A stretch of DNA of 64,000 bases from an uncultured Vicinamibacteraceae bacterium (GTDB lineage: Bacteria; Acidobacteriota; Vicinamibacteria; Vicinamibacterales; UBA8438). Below, piece by piece: positions 19,783 through 30,723 of this stretch. Under the pieces are notes generated by a model. That model was given only the letters and a program-made list of their open reading frames with translations. It was not told where the DNA came from and searched no databases. Position 1 is the first letter of the stretch, and every line of letters begins with the position of its first letter. The DNA lies in the NCBI GenBank assembly GCA_964624855.1, contig CAZUZW010000007.1, positions 9,331 through 73,330 of the forward strand, given 5' to 3'. The position numbers and the translations under genes are program-made.

Positions 19783-20163
19783 ATGTCGCAGGGCTCTAGA
19801 GCTGATCGTGTTGGTGAGCTCGTTCGTAACGAACTTAACGTGCAATTGCGTCAAAATGTGCGTGATCCTGGTGTCGCTCAAGTGACGATTACCTATGTTC
19901 GGATGTCAAAAGACCTGCAGCAGGCCCGAGTTTTTTATACGGGTCCTGAAGAATCTCATGAAAAGCATTCGACGTTAAGGGCATTCAAGAGAGTTCGACC
20001 TTTTCTTAGAAGACAATTAGGAAATCGCTTGAAACTTCGGCATGTTCCAGAATTAAGATTCGAATACGATATCTCGATGGAAAAGCAAGATCGTATTGCC
20101 GTTTTGTTTGATCAAATTCAAAACGATCCAACAACCAGCGGTGACGACAACCGAAACGAGTAA
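19783..20163 (+). CDS. rbfA: ribosome-binding factor A
   Basis: RADRVGELVRNEL...VTITYVRMSKDLQQARVFY is RbfA-like. ATG 19783 follows a (GGA)n purine tract SD. The longest ORF begins at GTG 19768, inside that SD. Confidence 0.92.
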   Translation: MSQGSRADRVGELVRNELNVQLRQNVRDPGVAQVTITYVRMSKDLQQARVFYTGPEESHEKHSTLRAFKRVRPFLRRQLGNRLKLRHVPELRFEYDISMEKQDRIAVLFDQIQNDPTTSGDDNRNE

Positions 20164-20198
20164 CCTCACTGAAGACTTTCAAAACGGACGTTACGACG

Positions 20199-21170
20199 AT
20201 GCATTCGATTCCTGAAGTCAATTCAATTGCCGAAACTATTGCGCAACGGCAGCGGCTTGTAATCACATCGCATGCGAGACCAGACGGTGATTCAATTGGC
20301 TCAGAATTAGCACTGGCTCACGCACTAAAAAGTCTCCAGAAAGATGTTCGGATCATCAACCGAGATCCAGTGCCAAGCTATCTTGCTTCATTTCCAGGCA
20401 TATCAGATATAGAAGTCTGTCAAACGATTGAGGACACCTTTGATGCGGCTATCGTCCTGGAATGCCCATCACTTGAGCGAACTGGCTTGACTGGTCTAGA
20501 CCGGAACTTCGTGATCAACATAGACCACCATTTAGGCAACCTACTCTACGGCAACCTCAATTGGTTCGACGAAACCGCAGCAGCCTGCGGAGAGATGGTG
20601 TTCGATTTAGTTAACGCGCTCGGAGTTCAGCTTACCCTCCCGATTGCCACACATTTGTATGTGGCAATTCTTACTGATACCGGCTCTTTTAGACATTCCA
20701 ACATCACTGCCAAGACGTTTAAAATCTGCGCAGCCCTAGCGCAAGCAGGTATTACTCCATCTGCTATCGCCGACCGTGTTTTTCAGAACGGAACGGTGGG
20801 AAAACTTCGATTAACTGGAGTCCTCCTTAAAGCCATGGACCTCGCAAACGGAGGACACACAGCCGTCTTGAACGTAAATGACGAAATCCTCAGAACAAAT
20901 GGATGCACAACAGACGATCTTGAGGGCCTTATTAATCTACCGCTGGCTGCACAGTCTATAAAGGCCGTAATAATGTTTAAAACAGTCGAGACCCAACTCC
21001 GAGTGAGCCTTCGTTCCAAAGGATCTGTTGACGTCAGGGTTATCGCGACACGCCACGGAGGAGGAGGGCACAAGAATGCGGCTGGTTTTTCGGTGGCTAG
21101 TCCGAATAGTGACACCCGGGCACTTATCGTTGCAGAAGTAAATTCATCTGTCGAAAATACGGCCTCTTAG
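20199..21170 (+). CDS. nrnA: DHH/DHHA1 phosphoesterase (NrnA-type oligoribonuclease/pAp phosphatase)
   Basis: Motifs [20 protein letters not shown] and [11 protein letters not shown]. Confidence 0.85.
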   Translation: MHSIPEVNSIAETIAQRQRLVITSHARPDGDSIGSELALAHALKSLQKDVRIINRDPVPSYLASFPGISDIEVCQTIEDTFDAAIVLECPSLERTGLTGLDRNFVINIDHHLGNLLYGNLNWFDETAAACGEMVFDLVNALGVQLTLPIATHLYVAILTDTGSFRHSNITAKTFKICAALAQAGITPSAIADRVFQNGTVGKLRLTGVLLKAMDLANGGHTAVLNVNDEILRTNGCTTDDLEGLINLPLAAQSIKAVIMFKTVETQLRVSLRSKGSVDVRVIATRHGGGGHKNAAGFSVASPNSDTRALIVAEVNSSVENTAS

Positions 21171-21174
21171 ACCC

Positions 21175-22110
21175 TTGGTACAATACACAGCACCTGGACC
21201 GGACGGCGTGCTCATCGTCGACAAACCTACAGGTATAACGTCCCATGACGTAGTGACACGCGTTCGCCGAATATTACGAACGCGCCGAATCGGTCATGTT
21301 GGCACGCTTGACCCGCTTGCAACGGGAGTCTTACCACTTGTTGTGGGACGAGCGACACGACTAGCATCACTTCTATCTCTGGGCGACAAGATCTATCACG
21401 CAGTCTTCAAGCTTGGAATTTCCACTGACACCTACGACGTCACAGGAAAGGTCGTGTCACCTGAAACACTTAAGAATAAGCATCAGACGCTTACCCGCGA
21501 GATAGTAGAGGCAGCGAGTATGAATTTCGTGGGAACGTTCAAACAACTACCCCCACCCTATTCGGCCAAAAAGATCGGTGGCGTTCGCGCCTACAAGTTG
21601 GCTCGACGCCTCAAGTCTTTTGTACCAAAAGCAGTGGAAGTTACGGTAAAGGAATTTCAAATCGAAAAGCTGACAACAGACCATATCGTATGTCGGGTGA
21701 TTTGCGCTCCTGGCTTCTACATCAGATCCCTAGCCAACGACCTTGGACAGGCTCTTGGTTGCGGCGCATGTCTGGAAACCTTGAGGCGGGAACAAAGCGG
21801 ACCTTTTATGCTTAGCGAAGCGACCTCAATAGATCAGCTAGAAAAAAATAAAGACCATTCTTCTCGACACCTCATACCCATGGCTCGACTGCTACCGAAT
21901 CTACCGAGTGTAGTCGTCACCGAACGGGGTGTTCGTCGTGCAACACATGGCAATACAATAAATTCAGAGCATTTTAAGATTATCCCAGAAAACACACCTG
22001 CGGGACCTCTTCGCGACAGAGTCAAGCTCTATGACGATAGCGGGAATCTTATCGCTATCGCTGAGAGGATTGCCACCGGCATTTTGCATCCCAGGATCGT
22101 TCTAGTGTAA
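21175..22110 (+). CDS. truB: tRNA pseudouridine(55) synthase
   Basis: [15 protein letters not shown] and [16 protein letters not shown] catalytic Asp motif. TTG start. Confidence 0.92.
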   Translation: MVQYTAPGPDGVLIVDKPTGITSHDVVTRVRRILRTRRIGHVGTLDPLATGVLPLVVGRATRLASLLSLGDKIYHAVFKLGISTDTYDVTGKVVSPETLKNKHQTLTREIVEAASMNFVGTFKQLPPPYSAKKIGGVRAYKLARRLKSFVPKAVEVTVKEFQIEKLTTDHIVCRVICAPGFYIRSLANDLGQALGCGACLETLRREQSGPFMLSEATSIDQLEKNKDHSSRHLIPMARLLPNLPSVVVTERGVRRATHGNTINSEHFKIIPENTPAGPLRDRVKLYDDSGNLIAIAERIATGILHPRIVLV

Positions 22111-22221
22111 GCTCGATTGGTTAAAGTAAAGGGAAAATTAATAGTTTAAGGCGGTGGGCGGCGGTCTGGTGCACATGCGGCTTCATCTGATGCGCGTCTG
22201 GACCGTTCGCGGAGGTAGATA

Positions 22222-22491
22222 GTGGCGTTTCCCAAGGAGCAGAAGTCAGAAATAATTGATTCATATCGCACCCACGCGAGCGATACAGGTTCACCGGAGG
22301 TCCAAGTAGCGATTCTTAGTGAACGAATACGCTATTTGACTGAACACTTCAAGACTCACACTAAAGATCACCATTCGCGGCGAGGACTTCTGAAACTCGT
22401 GGGTCAACGGCGACGACTTCTCGACTACCTCAAGGGCAAGAACACCGAGCGATACGCGGACTTAATCAAGCGTCTTGGCATCCGTAAGTAG
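22222..22491 (+). CDS. rpsO: 30S ribosomal protein S15
   Basis: 89 aa with [42 protein letters not shown] precedes the GTG start. Confidence 0.95.
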   Translation: MAFPKEQKSEIIDSYRTHASDTGSPEVQVAILSERIRYLTEHFKTHTKDHHSRRGLLKLVGQRRRLLDYLKGKNTERYADLIKRLGIRK

Positions 22492-22573
22492 GAGACACTG
22501 AAGACACCCGCCTGTTTGGGCCCTAATCGCGGTCCTCTACGCGCCTTTATTTCTTGGTTTAGGAGCAAAACTT

Positions 22574-24778
22574 ATGCATACGGCCAACCTCTCGGTCGGC
22601 GGAACCGATCTCTCGATTGAAACTGGAAAACTTGCGAAACAAGCTGACGGTGCAGTCATCGTCCGCTACGGCGAGACGGTCGTCTTGGTCACGGCGTGCT
22701 ACACGCCAACCCCACGCGAAGGAATTGATTTTCTTCCGCTCACGGTTGATTTTCGTGAGAATACGTACGCGTCAGGAAGAATTCCAGGTGGTTTCTTTAA
22801 ACGTGAAGGTAAGCCCACCGAGAAGGAGGTCCTCACCAGTCGTTTGATCGACCGACCAATTCGTCCCCTGTTTCCATCGAATTGGCATCGTGAGACTCAA
22901 GTTGTAGCGCTCGTACTTTCTTCCGATGTGGATAACGATCCAGACGTGTTGGGATTGACAGGAGCCTCGGCGGCTCTAGCACTGTCACCAATGCCCTTGG
23001 AACGGACCATTGCATCCGTACGAGTTGGCCTAGTCGACGATGAATTTCTTGTAAACCCAACGTACGAGGAGCGCCAAAAAAGTCGCCTTGATCTCATCGT
23101 AGCCGGCAGCAGTGATGCAATCGTAATGGTCGAAGCCGGAGCGACAGAATTATCAGAAGAAGAAATGCTCAAGGCTCTCGAAACAGGTCACGGAGCAATT
23201 CGGCAGATCGTTAACACCATCGACGAAATGGCTACTGCAGTCGGTAAGGACAAACTTCAAATTGCAGCGCCTACGATCGACAGTGCCTTAGTAAAAAGAG
23301 TTGAAAGTCAGGCTCTTAGTCCGCTGACTGACGCTATGAAACTTCCAGACAAACTGGAAAGCTACGCCCAAGTCGACAACGTACTCAACAAACTGATCGA
23401 GTCTTTTGATGAAGAAGAGCGCGATCAACAAGGACAGGCGAAACAGATTTTTTCCTCGCTTAAAGAAAAGATACTGCGCGACGAAATCCTTGAACATGGA
23501 CAGCGACTCGATGGTCGAAAGTTTGATGAGATACGTGATATCTCATCAGAAATCGGTTTACTACCTCGCGTGCATGGTTCCGCAGTCTTTACCCGTGGAG
23601 AAACACAAGCGCTGGTAACAGCAACTCTGGGCACCAGTGCCGACCAGCAAAAGATTGAAGGTGTCGCCGGAGAAATCTATAAGAGGTTCATGCTCCACTA
23701 CAACTTTCCACCATTCTCTGTTGGTGAAGTCAAGTTCTTACGTGGCCCTGGACGCAGAGAGATCGGCCATGGCAATCTGGCGGAGCGGAGTCTTGTTCCG
23801 ATGATTCCGTCCGAAGATGAATGTCCCTATACACTCCGAGTGGTTTCGGACATTCTTGAATCGAACGGGTCGTCGTCAATGGCAACTGTCTGTGGTGCCT
23901 CACTAGCTTTAATGGACGCTGGTATTCCCCTCAAATCTCCGGTGGCAGGTGTGGCCATGGGTTTAATCCTTGATGAAACCACGAATCGACACGCGGTCTT
24001 AAGCGACATCGCCGGAGCCGAGGATCATTACGGAGACATGGACTTCAAGGTAGCAGGCACACGAAATGGAATCACGGCTTTGCAAATGGACATTAAGATT
24101 TCAGGAATCACTACAGACATCATGCGTGATGCGCTGGAACAGGCCAAAGCCGGCCGGTTTCACATTCTGGACAAAATGGAAGCGACCATCAAGTCCCCTC
24201 GAGATTCAATGTCAACCTATGCACCTCGGATCGTGACCCTTACAATTCCGGTCGACAAAATTCGGGATATCATCGGGCCCGGTGGTAAAACTATTCGCAG
24301 TATCGTTGAGCGAACTGGGGTCAAGATTGATGTTGAGGACGATGGCCGGGTCAATATCGCTTCCGCCGACGACGAGTCGGCCAAAAAAGCCATCACCATC
24401 ATTGAGGAACTGACGGCGAGTCCAGAACTCAACAAAACCTACTTAGGCAAGGTTCAACGGATTACTGACTTTGGCGCCTTTATTGAAATTCTTCCTGGTA
24501 TCGACGGTCTGCTGCACGTTTCTGAAATTGCTCATTATCGAGTAGCTGACGTCAGAGATGAACTACAGGAAGGAGACCAAGTATTGGTCAAAGTAATCAA
24601 TGTTGACCCGTCTGGGAAGGTAAGACTTAGCCGAAAAGCTTTACTCCCAGCACCCTCAGATTCTGCCGCTGACGGAGCTGCTGATTCTGATAAAAACTCT
24701 CAATCACCGTCATCAGACACCCCTCCTCGTAGTCGTCAACGTTCGCGGGGACCAAAAGGGCGTGGCGGACAACGATAA
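22574..24778 (+). CDS. pnp: polyribonucleotide nucleotidyltransferase (PNPase)
   Basis: Two RNase PH domains plus KH and S1 domains (GKVQRITDFGAFIEILPGIDGLLHVSE), with an Arg/Gly-rich C-terminal tail. rpsO-pnp synteny. Confidence 0.95.
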   Translation: MHTANLSVGGTDLSIETGKLAKQADGAVIVRYGETVVLVTACYTPTPREGIDFLPLTVDFRENTYASGRIPGGFFKREGKPTEKEVLTSRLIDRPIRPLFPSNWHRETQVVALVLSSDVDNDPDVLGLTGASAALALSPMPLERTIASVRVGLVDDEFLVNPTYEERQKSRLDLIVAGSSDAIVMVEAGATELSEEEMLKALETGHGAIRQIVNTIDEMATAVGKDKLQIAAPTIDSALVKRVESQALSPLTDAMKLPDKLESYAQVDNVLNKLIESFDEEERDQQGQAKQIFSSLKEKILRDEILEHGQRLDGRKFDEIRDISSEIGLLPRVHGSAVFTRGETQALVTATLGTSADQQKIEGVAGEIYKRFMLHYNFPPFSVGEVKFLRGPGRREIGHGNLAERSLVPMIPSEDECPYTLRVVSDILESNGSSSMATVCGASLALMDAGIPLKSPVAGVAMGLILDETTNRHAVLSDIAGAEDHYGDMDFKVAGTRNGITALQMDIKISGITTDIMRDALEQAKAGRFHILDKMEATIKSPRDSMSTYAPRIVTLTIPVDKIRDIIGPGGKTIRSIVERTGVKIDVEDDGRVNIASADDESAKKAITIIEELTASPELNKTYLGKVQRITDFGAFIEILPGIDGLLHVSEIAHYRVADVRDELQEGDQVLVKVINVDPSGKVRLSRKALLPAPSDSAADGAADSDKNSQSPSSDTPPRSRQRSRGPKGRGGQR

Positions 24779-24885
24779 GACAACTGTGGTCGTTCCACAT
24801 TTTGTGACTTTCATCACTTTACGTGAGGGAATAGAAAAGCTGCTGAGCCCGTCAGACTACAACGACGGCAGTACGCTGTCTCCAC

Positions 24886-24913
24886 TGAAGAAACAAAACT
24901 GACATTCTTGTCA
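24886..24913 (-). terminator. weak candidate terminator downstream of smc
   Basis: On the - strand: CTGACA-AGAA-TGTCAG followed by TTTTGTTTCTTC, 21 nt after the smc stop. The stem is short and AT-rich. Confidence 0.35.
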
Positions 24914-24934
24914 GGGCCATTCTTGAATACACTA

Positions 24935-27900
24935 TTAATTCAACCTGACAGAAATCAATTTCGACACACCTGGTTCCTCCATCGTAACACCATACAGTCT
25001 GTCGGCAATCTCCATAGTTTTTCGATTGTGTGTCACCAAAACAAACTGGGTTCGGTCTTGCATACCGCGTAACATCGTGACAAACCTACCGATGTTAGCG
25101 TCATCAAGTGGAGCGTCGATTTCGTCCAAGAGACAGAAGGGACTTGGCTTAAACTTGAAAATCGCAAACATAAGCGCCATAGCCGTTAATGCCTTCTCAC
25201 CGCCAGACAACAGCTGAATACTTTGAAGTCTCTTCCCAGGTGGCTGAGCAATTATGTCAATACCGCTCTCAAGCACATCAGTTTCGTCGATCAACACAAG
25301 TCCTGCTCGGCCACCACCAAATAGTGTCGAAAATATCTCCTGAAAATAATCATTGACCGCTGAAAAAGCTTCCTTGAAGCGTTCGCGAGTAGTGACATCA
25401 ATTCGTTTGATGGCCTCACCTGTTGCAAGAATCGAGTCAAGAAGATCCTTGCGTTGGGTTGTTAAGAATTCAAAACGGTCTTCGAGTTCATCAAACTGGT
25501 CGATTGCCATCATATTGACTGGTCCCAATTGTTCGATTTTCTCTCGGAGCTCAGCAATCATCTGCAAAGGCTCTAGCGACTGTTCGGTCTCGTCGCAAAC
25601 CGAACCACTATCATCACCCGTCTTCTTTCCAGCCTGAATTCCTTCTTTGTCGACCGAGGCTTCAGAGTCACCAAGCTTCGCTGAACCATTAACGCCAACA
25701 TCCGCTTCAGTCTTGTTGTCTATATCAAAACCTTCAACCTCTCGGCATACCTCTTCCAATGACAACTGCAGAACCTCATTACAAGATTCTTGTAAGCCGG
25801 CTAAATCCGCTTCGGCTGTTGCCCGAGCAAGAGAAAGTCGACCGACATCTTCTTGAACTACGTTAAGTGCTTCTCTCGCGGCTCGCAGTTTTCCCGTTTG
25901 ATCCTCAATCTGTCGACGAACGTCTGTTGTTCGCTCATCACAAATCTGCACATCCTTTTGCAGTAGGTCGAACTGCTCAACACCAGCCTGTAGCGTGGCC
26001 TGTGACGTAACAATCTCGGCTGACAAGATTCCGTGACGTTCAGACTTACGTTCGATTGCTTCTTGTTCACTTATTAGTCGCTCAGAAAGTTCGGCCAGCG
26101 CATCATCGATACGCTTGACATCAGAGCTAAATGCAGTGGAACGCTCGGCCAATGCCGCATATTCTGCCTTAGCCTCAGTCAGACTATGGCCACGTAACTC
26201 AACCGCCTCGCGAGCCTCCATGAGATCCCGTTGGCTTGACATAAAACGTTCATCAGCCACGCGTTGTTCATTTTCAAGTTTGACAATCGCTTGATTCGCC
26301 TCTGACTCACGGGCTTCAAGATTGTCAAATTCTTCCTTCGCTTTTCGACGTTCAGTCTCAAGAACGGACTGCTTTTGGTGTAACCGGGCTAACTCCTCAC
26401 CCACACGCTTTAAGCCAAGTTCCAGTTCTAATAGTTCCTTCTCTGTAATGTGCTCTTCTTTTTCGAGGGCCTTAAGGTCAGCCTCTACTGCCGTCGCTCG
26501 CCTAGACTGTCTGATCAAATCATCCCGAAGACGAGTTAGGCTACCCTCTTGAATTTCGATCTTAGATTGCAGGTCGCGAATTTCACCCTTTGTCGCAAGG
26601 ATCCCGCGCGCCTCCGTCTTGCCACCCCAACGGATGATAGACGAGCCACAAAACACCGTTCCATCCGGCGTCGCAATGGAATCGGTAGTAATCTTCGCTG
26701 CCTCTGCTGCCTCAGAAAATGACGGCGCAAGCCAGCGGTTAGCAAATAACCCTCGAATCGTCTGCTCTCCAATACCGTCAACTTTTACGACGTCGATTAA
26801 CGGTAGCAACGCACTATGTGGTTTTCGTTGGTCTGGTAATACCTCTTCTATCGCGTCGGCCACCACGAAGCCACAGCGACCTACGTTCCTGTTTTGGACA
26901 AACTCCAGTCCTTTCTTGACCTCATTGGCTGATGGCACAATGACATACTGAATTAACTCATCTAGACTCGCCTCAACCGCTCGCTCATGTCCATGGTCAA
27001 CTTCAAGATGATCAGCAATAGAGCCAAAGTGCTGCACCTCACCTTTGGACAAAGAAAGGACCAACCGAGCACCATCACTATATCCCTCCCGCGCAGCCAC
27101 CAATTCTTCAATGGAACGAAGGCGAGCTAGCAGAGAAGCCAATGACTGTTCGCCCAACCGTACGCCTTGGTTGCCAGATTCAACTTCAGAACGAACTGCA
27201 ACCAACTCTGCTTCTCGGACCCCGCGGTTTTGTCTTATTGTTTTCAGACTACTTTTAACCTGATCAGTCGAATTGCCAGTACGAGTTCGGTCCGAAGTAG
27301 CTGCTTCTAACTCTGTAACGAAATCGGAAAGTTCCCTCTCTAATTTAGCCAATTCGTCGGCGAGACGACTGCGACTCAGCGATGAATTTTCAACTACATG
27401 TCGCAGAGTGGTAGCAGAATTAACAGCAGCAAACACTTCACTGCGTGACGCCTCAACATCACCCTCGAGGCCCTCGATGATCCTCACAGCTTCCGCATAA
27501 GAAGCTTCCATTTTCTCTAAATGTGTTGCTGCAGTATTCCTCGCAGTATCGCATTCATCGGCAGCAAGCCACTGCTTCGCAAATTCCTCTTGGAGTGGTG
27601 TATTCCGTTTATCAAGTTGGCGCAAATCTTCCTTACCCGAAACGACGGAATTGGCCAATGACGACACCTGAGCTCTATCAAACTCAATCTGTTGTTTACG
27701 CCGCCCTAATTCCAATTCCTGAGCATGCGCAGCGTCACGAGCTTGCGCCACACTGTGGTCGGCCTGTGCGAGGTCGACCTGCAAGTGTTCATGCTTTTCT
27801 TCGATTGCCTTGAGTTCCCCCTTCGAACCTTCTTCACGTTGACGAACTGCATCTAAACGCTGAAGCGCACTCTCAATAGCATGAGTGAGCGAGACGCTTT

Positions 27901-28765
27901 TCTGGGCAAACTGTATCTTCTCCCAGCGTCTTAGAGTCTCCCGTAATCTCCTATAACGTCGCGCTTTTGCGGCCTGACGCTTGAGAGCACTACGCTGCTT
28001 CTCAACTTCAAAAACAATGTCGTCAACGCGAGTAAGATTCTTCTGGGCCGCTTCGAGCTTTAATTCAGCTGAACGTCTTCGGGTCTTATACTTAGTTACA
28101 CCTGCAGCCTCCTCCAACAATTGCCGGCGCTCCATCGGTCGAGCGCTGAGGATTTGCCCGATCTTACCTTGCTCAATAACAGCGTAAGCCTTAACTCCAA
28201 CACCAGAATCCATGAGGAGATCCTGAATGTCCCTTAGTCGACAAACGTGTCCGTCTATAAGATATTCACTCTCTCCAGAACGAAATAGACGACGTCCTAC
28301 TTCTACATCTTTTAAGACTGTCGCCATGGTTTCATCGCACCCACTAACGAAGATGTCGCGTTCCACCTGCTCAGCATCACCACGATCAGACTCCGCATGG
28401 TCCTCACCGTTATGGAGACCGACAGTTTCAGCAGAAACTAAATGGCCGTTTCCATTCCCAGGTTCCATCTTCAAGGTTTCGGTGAGCCCAGCCAACGCAT
28501 CAGTGACTTGCGAAAGTTGTAGGCGGACTTCGGCTGTAGCGGTTGGACGTCTACCATCACTTCCGCTGAAAATAATGTCTTCCATTCGCTCGCCGCGAAG
28601 ACTACGGGCACTCTGTTCCCCTAGAACCCAAGAAATCGCGTCGATGAGGTTACTTTTGCCGCACCCATTCGGACCTACGATTGCCGTCACACCTCCATCG
28701 AAGGCCAGCTCAGACCGCTCTGGAAAGCTTTTAAAACCTGATATTTCAATATGATTAAGACGCAT
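24935..28765 (-). CDS. smc: chromosome partition protein Smc
   Basis: 1276 aa. Walker A (GPNGCGKSN), long coiled coils, hinge, signature motif LSGGEKALTA and Walker B FCLLDEIDAPLD. Confidence 0.95.
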   Translation of the reverse strand: MRLNHIEISGFKSFPERSELAFDGGVTAIVGPNGCGKSNLIDAISWVLGEQSARSLRGERMEDIIFSGSDGRRPTATAEVRLQLSQVTDALAGLTETLKMEPGNGNGHLVSAETVGLHNGEDHAESDRGDAEQVERDIFVSGCDETMATVLKDVEVGRRLFRSGESEYLIDGHVCRLRDIQDLLMDSGVGVKAYAVIEQGKIGQILSARPMERRQLLEEAAGVTKYKTRRRSAELKLEAAQKNLTRVDDIVFEVEKQRSALKRQAAKARRYRRLRETLRRWEKIQFAQKSVSLTHAIESALQRLDAVRQREEGSKGELKAIEEKHEHLQVDLAQADHSVAQARDAAHAQELELGRRKQQIEFDRAQVSSLANSVVSGKEDLRQLDKRNTPLQEEFAKQWLAADECDTARNTAATHLEKMEASYAEAVRIIEGLEGDVEASRSEVFAAVNSATTLRHVVENSSLSRSRLADELAKLERELSDFVTELEAATSDRTRTGNSTDQVKSSLKTIRQNRGVREAELVAVRSEVESGNQGVRLGEQSLASLLARLRSIEELVAAREGYSDGARLVLSLSKGEVQHFGSIADHLEVDHGHERAVEASLDELIQYVIVPSANEVKKGLEFVQNRNVGRCGFVVADAIEEVLPDQRKPHSALLPLIDVVKVDGIGEQTIRGLFANRWLAPSFSEAAEAAKITTDSIATPDGTVFCGSSIIRWGGKTEARGILATKGEIRDLQSKIEIQEGSLTRLRDDLIRQSRRATAVEADLKALEKEEHITEKELLELELGLKRVGEELARLHQKQSVLETERRKAKEEFDNLEARESEANQAIVKLENEQRVADERFMSSQRDLMEAREAVELRGHSLTEAKAEYAALAERSTAFSSDVKRIDDALAELSERLISEQEAIERKSERHGILSAEIVTSQATLQAGVEQFDLLQKDVQICDERTTDVRRQIEDQTGKLRAAREALNVVQEDVGRLSLARATAEADLAGLQESCNEVLQLSLEEVCREVEGFDIDNKTEADVGVNGSAKLGDSEASVDKEGIQAGKKTGDDSGSVCDETEQSLEPLQMIAELREKIEQLGPVNMMAIDQFDELEDRFEFLTTQRKDLLDSILATGEAIKRIDVTTRERFKEAFSAVNDYFQEIFSTLFGGGRAGLVLIDETDVLESGIDIIAQPPGKRLQSIQLLSGGEKALTAMALMFAIFKFKPSPFCLLDEIDAPLDDANIGRFVTMLRGMQDRTQFVLVTHNRKTMEIADRLYGVTMEEPGVSKLISVRLN

Positions 28766-28807
28766 TTGATCTCTTGATCTCTGTTAGTTAATTTTTGTCC
28801 TGTACAA

Positions 28808-28855
28808 GAAAAAACCGCTCCAAGCAGGCATCTTGTTTCACTGCCTGCCGAGCGG
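28808..28855 (-). terminator. strong rho-independent terminator (- strand) between ctp and smc
   Basis: On the - strand: CCGCTC-G-GCAGGCA-GTGAAACAAGA-TGCCTGC-TTG-GAGCGG followed by TTTTTT, giving 13 bp in total with a small internal loop. Confidence 0.8.
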
Positions 28856-29001
28856 CTGGGAACGCCCCGACAAAGTTCTCGTAGTTTTTCTTCAGCCGTG
28901 CCTCAGAACGCCCGTGTGCGTTACCGGGCCAAAAGCCCATCACCCGCTCGAGTTAATCAACAGGCTGCCCCGATGGACCGGGCCCAGTGTAACAAGGCAG
29001 A

Positions 29002-30624
29002 CTACTGCTGCGCAACAAGTGAAGGTTGGTTTTCTAACTGGAGAAACCGTTCCGCTTCTTCAAACAAAGTCATCCCATACTGAGCTTGGGGATCTTCATC
29101 GAACAAGTTTCGTCGTGCCTCGTCAAGATTAAAAACGGCGATATCAATCTCAAGATGAATCATCGCACGGATAAAATCGAGGTCAGCTGAAAACACATCC
29201 TCATCGACAGTCAACCCACGACTACGCACATGCTGCTTGAAAGAATCGAGCATGCCTTCATCGACGGTGAAGCCCCGCTCGACATACTCGCGACCTGTAC
29301 TCTCTTCCCTGATCCTTGTATCTCCGACAGCTGAAAAACGCTCCGCAAAACTAGCAAACTCCTGCCGGCTAGCAAGAAGACGACCGAACCTAGACGGATC
29401 GAATCCCTGAATCGGTCCCGCTATTCGATAATCTGGCTCAACTCCACCACCGCTGTAAACCTCACGTCCGCTGTCGGTATACTTTCGATCAGACGGCAAA
29501 TGTGGACGAGGCTGCTGATCACGTAACGAATATGTCAGGTACTCGTCAAAAGCCCCATCCCAAGGCCTCTGAATCATGCGACCACTGGGCGTGTAATAAC
29601 GGGCCGTGGTCAACGCAAGGCCAGCACCGTGACTCACTCGATAAATAGACTGCACTAAGGCTTTTCCAAAGGTCGTTTCACCCACAATCAAACCACGATC
29701 GTGATCTTGAATCGCACCGGCCACGATCTCTGAAGCACTCGCGCTATTCCGATTCACCAAGACGACCACCGGTAGTTCAGTAAAGGCACTCTCCTGGCGC
29801 GCGTGGTAATCCTGGTCTGAATTATTCACGCGACCCCGCGTATATACAATGAGATCATCACGAGGCAGAAATGCATTAGAGACTCGTATGGCCTGATCAA
29901 GTGGACCTCCTGGATTATCACGAAGATCGAGTACTAGTCTCTGCATGCCAAGTTCGTCTAATTCAGACAACTTCTCTTCAAGTTCTTCACCTGTTGTCTC
30001 AGAAAAATCACGGAGCCGGACATAACCGGTCTGTTCGTCCACCATGAACGAACCTTGAATCGACCTAATCGTGATCTCATCCCGCTCAACTGAAAGATCT
30101 ATCAGTTCCTCATAGCCAGCCCGGCGAATAGCAATATTCACGGAACTACCTCGTGGCCCCCGCAATAAACTGACCGCTTCGTCGCTAGTCATATCAGTGG
30201 CGTCTTCGCCACTAATCTCAGCAATAACATCCCCTCGACGAAGTCCCTTTCGAAATGCTGGCGATCCTTCAAAGATACTCATCACGGTAATACCGCCATC
30301 AATCACATTGATCGTGATACCAAGACCGTAGTACCTCCCCTCCTGACGCTCCCGCAATTGGGCGTACGACCTCGGATCCATAAAATTTGAATGGGGATCC
30401 AATGTCTGAAGCATTCCACCGATAGACTGATACACCAGCCGTTCGGTATCGACTTCGCCAACATAATGCTCTTCAACGGCAGCCAACGCCGAGGCAAAGG
30501 CTTCGTAATGTTTTGGAATACCTTGCTCCTGAGTCGCTAAAAGGCGGCCACCGAAAACACCACCGACCAGTCCTGATAGGACTACGGCTCCCGTAGCGAG
30601 AGTCACTGAATTAACACGAAGCAT
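29002..30624 (-). CDS. S41-family carboxyl-terminal processing protease with PDZ domain
   Basis: N-terminal anchor, PDZ segment (GDVIAEISG), catalytic Ser region ([17 protein letters not shown]) and Lys region ([11 protein letters not shown]). Confidence 0.9.
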   Translation of the reverse strand: MLRVNSVTLATGAVVLSGLVGGVFGGRLLATQEQGIPKHYEAFASALAAVEEHYVGEVDTERLVYQSIGGMLQTLDPHSNFMDPRSYAQLRERQEGRYYGLGITINVIDGGITVMSIFEGSPAFRKGLRRGDVIAEISGEDATDMTSDEAVSLLRGPRGSSVNIAIRRAGYEELIDLSVERDEITIRSIQGSFMVDEQTGYVRLRDFSETTGEELEEKLSELDELGMQRLVLDLRDNPGGPLDQAIRVSNAFLPRDDLIVYTRGRVNNSDQDYHARQESAFTELPVVVLVNRNSASASEIVAGAIQDHDRGLIVGETTFGKALVQSIYRVSHGAGLALTTARYYTPSGRMIQRPWDGAFDEYLTYSLRDQQPRPHLPSDRKYTDSGREVYSGGGVEPDYRIAGPIQGFDPSRFGRLLASRQEFASFAERFSAVGDTRIREESTGREYVERGFTVDEGMLDSFKQHVRSRGLTVDEDVFSADLDFIRAMIHLEIDIAVFNLDEARRNLFDEDPQAQYGMTLFEEAERFLQLENQPSLVAQQ

Positions 30625-30694
30625 TACGGCATGCTATCAGAAGATAAGCCTCAGCGCAGCAATAACTTCTGGTCATCCGACAGCACACTTGCGC

Positions 30695-30723
30695 TTGACC
30701 GAAACTAGTCACATTTCTATAAT
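30695..30723 (+). promoter_or_regulatory. near-consensus sigma70 promoter for tatA-tatC
   Basis: TTGACC (30695-30700), 17-nt spacer, TATAAT (30718-30723), about 45 nt upstream of the tatA ATG. Confidence 0.6.

Noticed and set aside
22111-22221. S15 autoregulatory leader structure upstream of rpsO
   Set aside because: The region is GC-rich, with a direct repeat GTCTGG and an imperfect hairpin (GCACAT...ATGCGC). I could not derive a convincing pseudoknot or three-way junction by eye, and no conservation data are available.
28227-28754. 175-aa + strand ORF antisense to the smc head-coding region, and similar ones at 26619-26951 and 27523-27813
   Set aside because: These are shadow ORFs within a clearly conserved 1276-aa gene. 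They are Ser/Arg/Pro-rich translations typical of antisense frames.
28856-29001. Possible SRP (4.5S) RNA or 6S RNA in the ctp-smc spacer
   Set aside because: The segment CTTGTTACACTGGGCCCGGTCCATCGGGGCAGCC superficially resembles the SRP helix 8 region. It lacks the GNRA (GGAA) tetraloop and the GGAAGCAGC symmetric-loop motif. I also could not build the single long hairpin of 4.5S or the closing stem and central bubble of 6S. It is kept only as an unclassified structured region in the findings.
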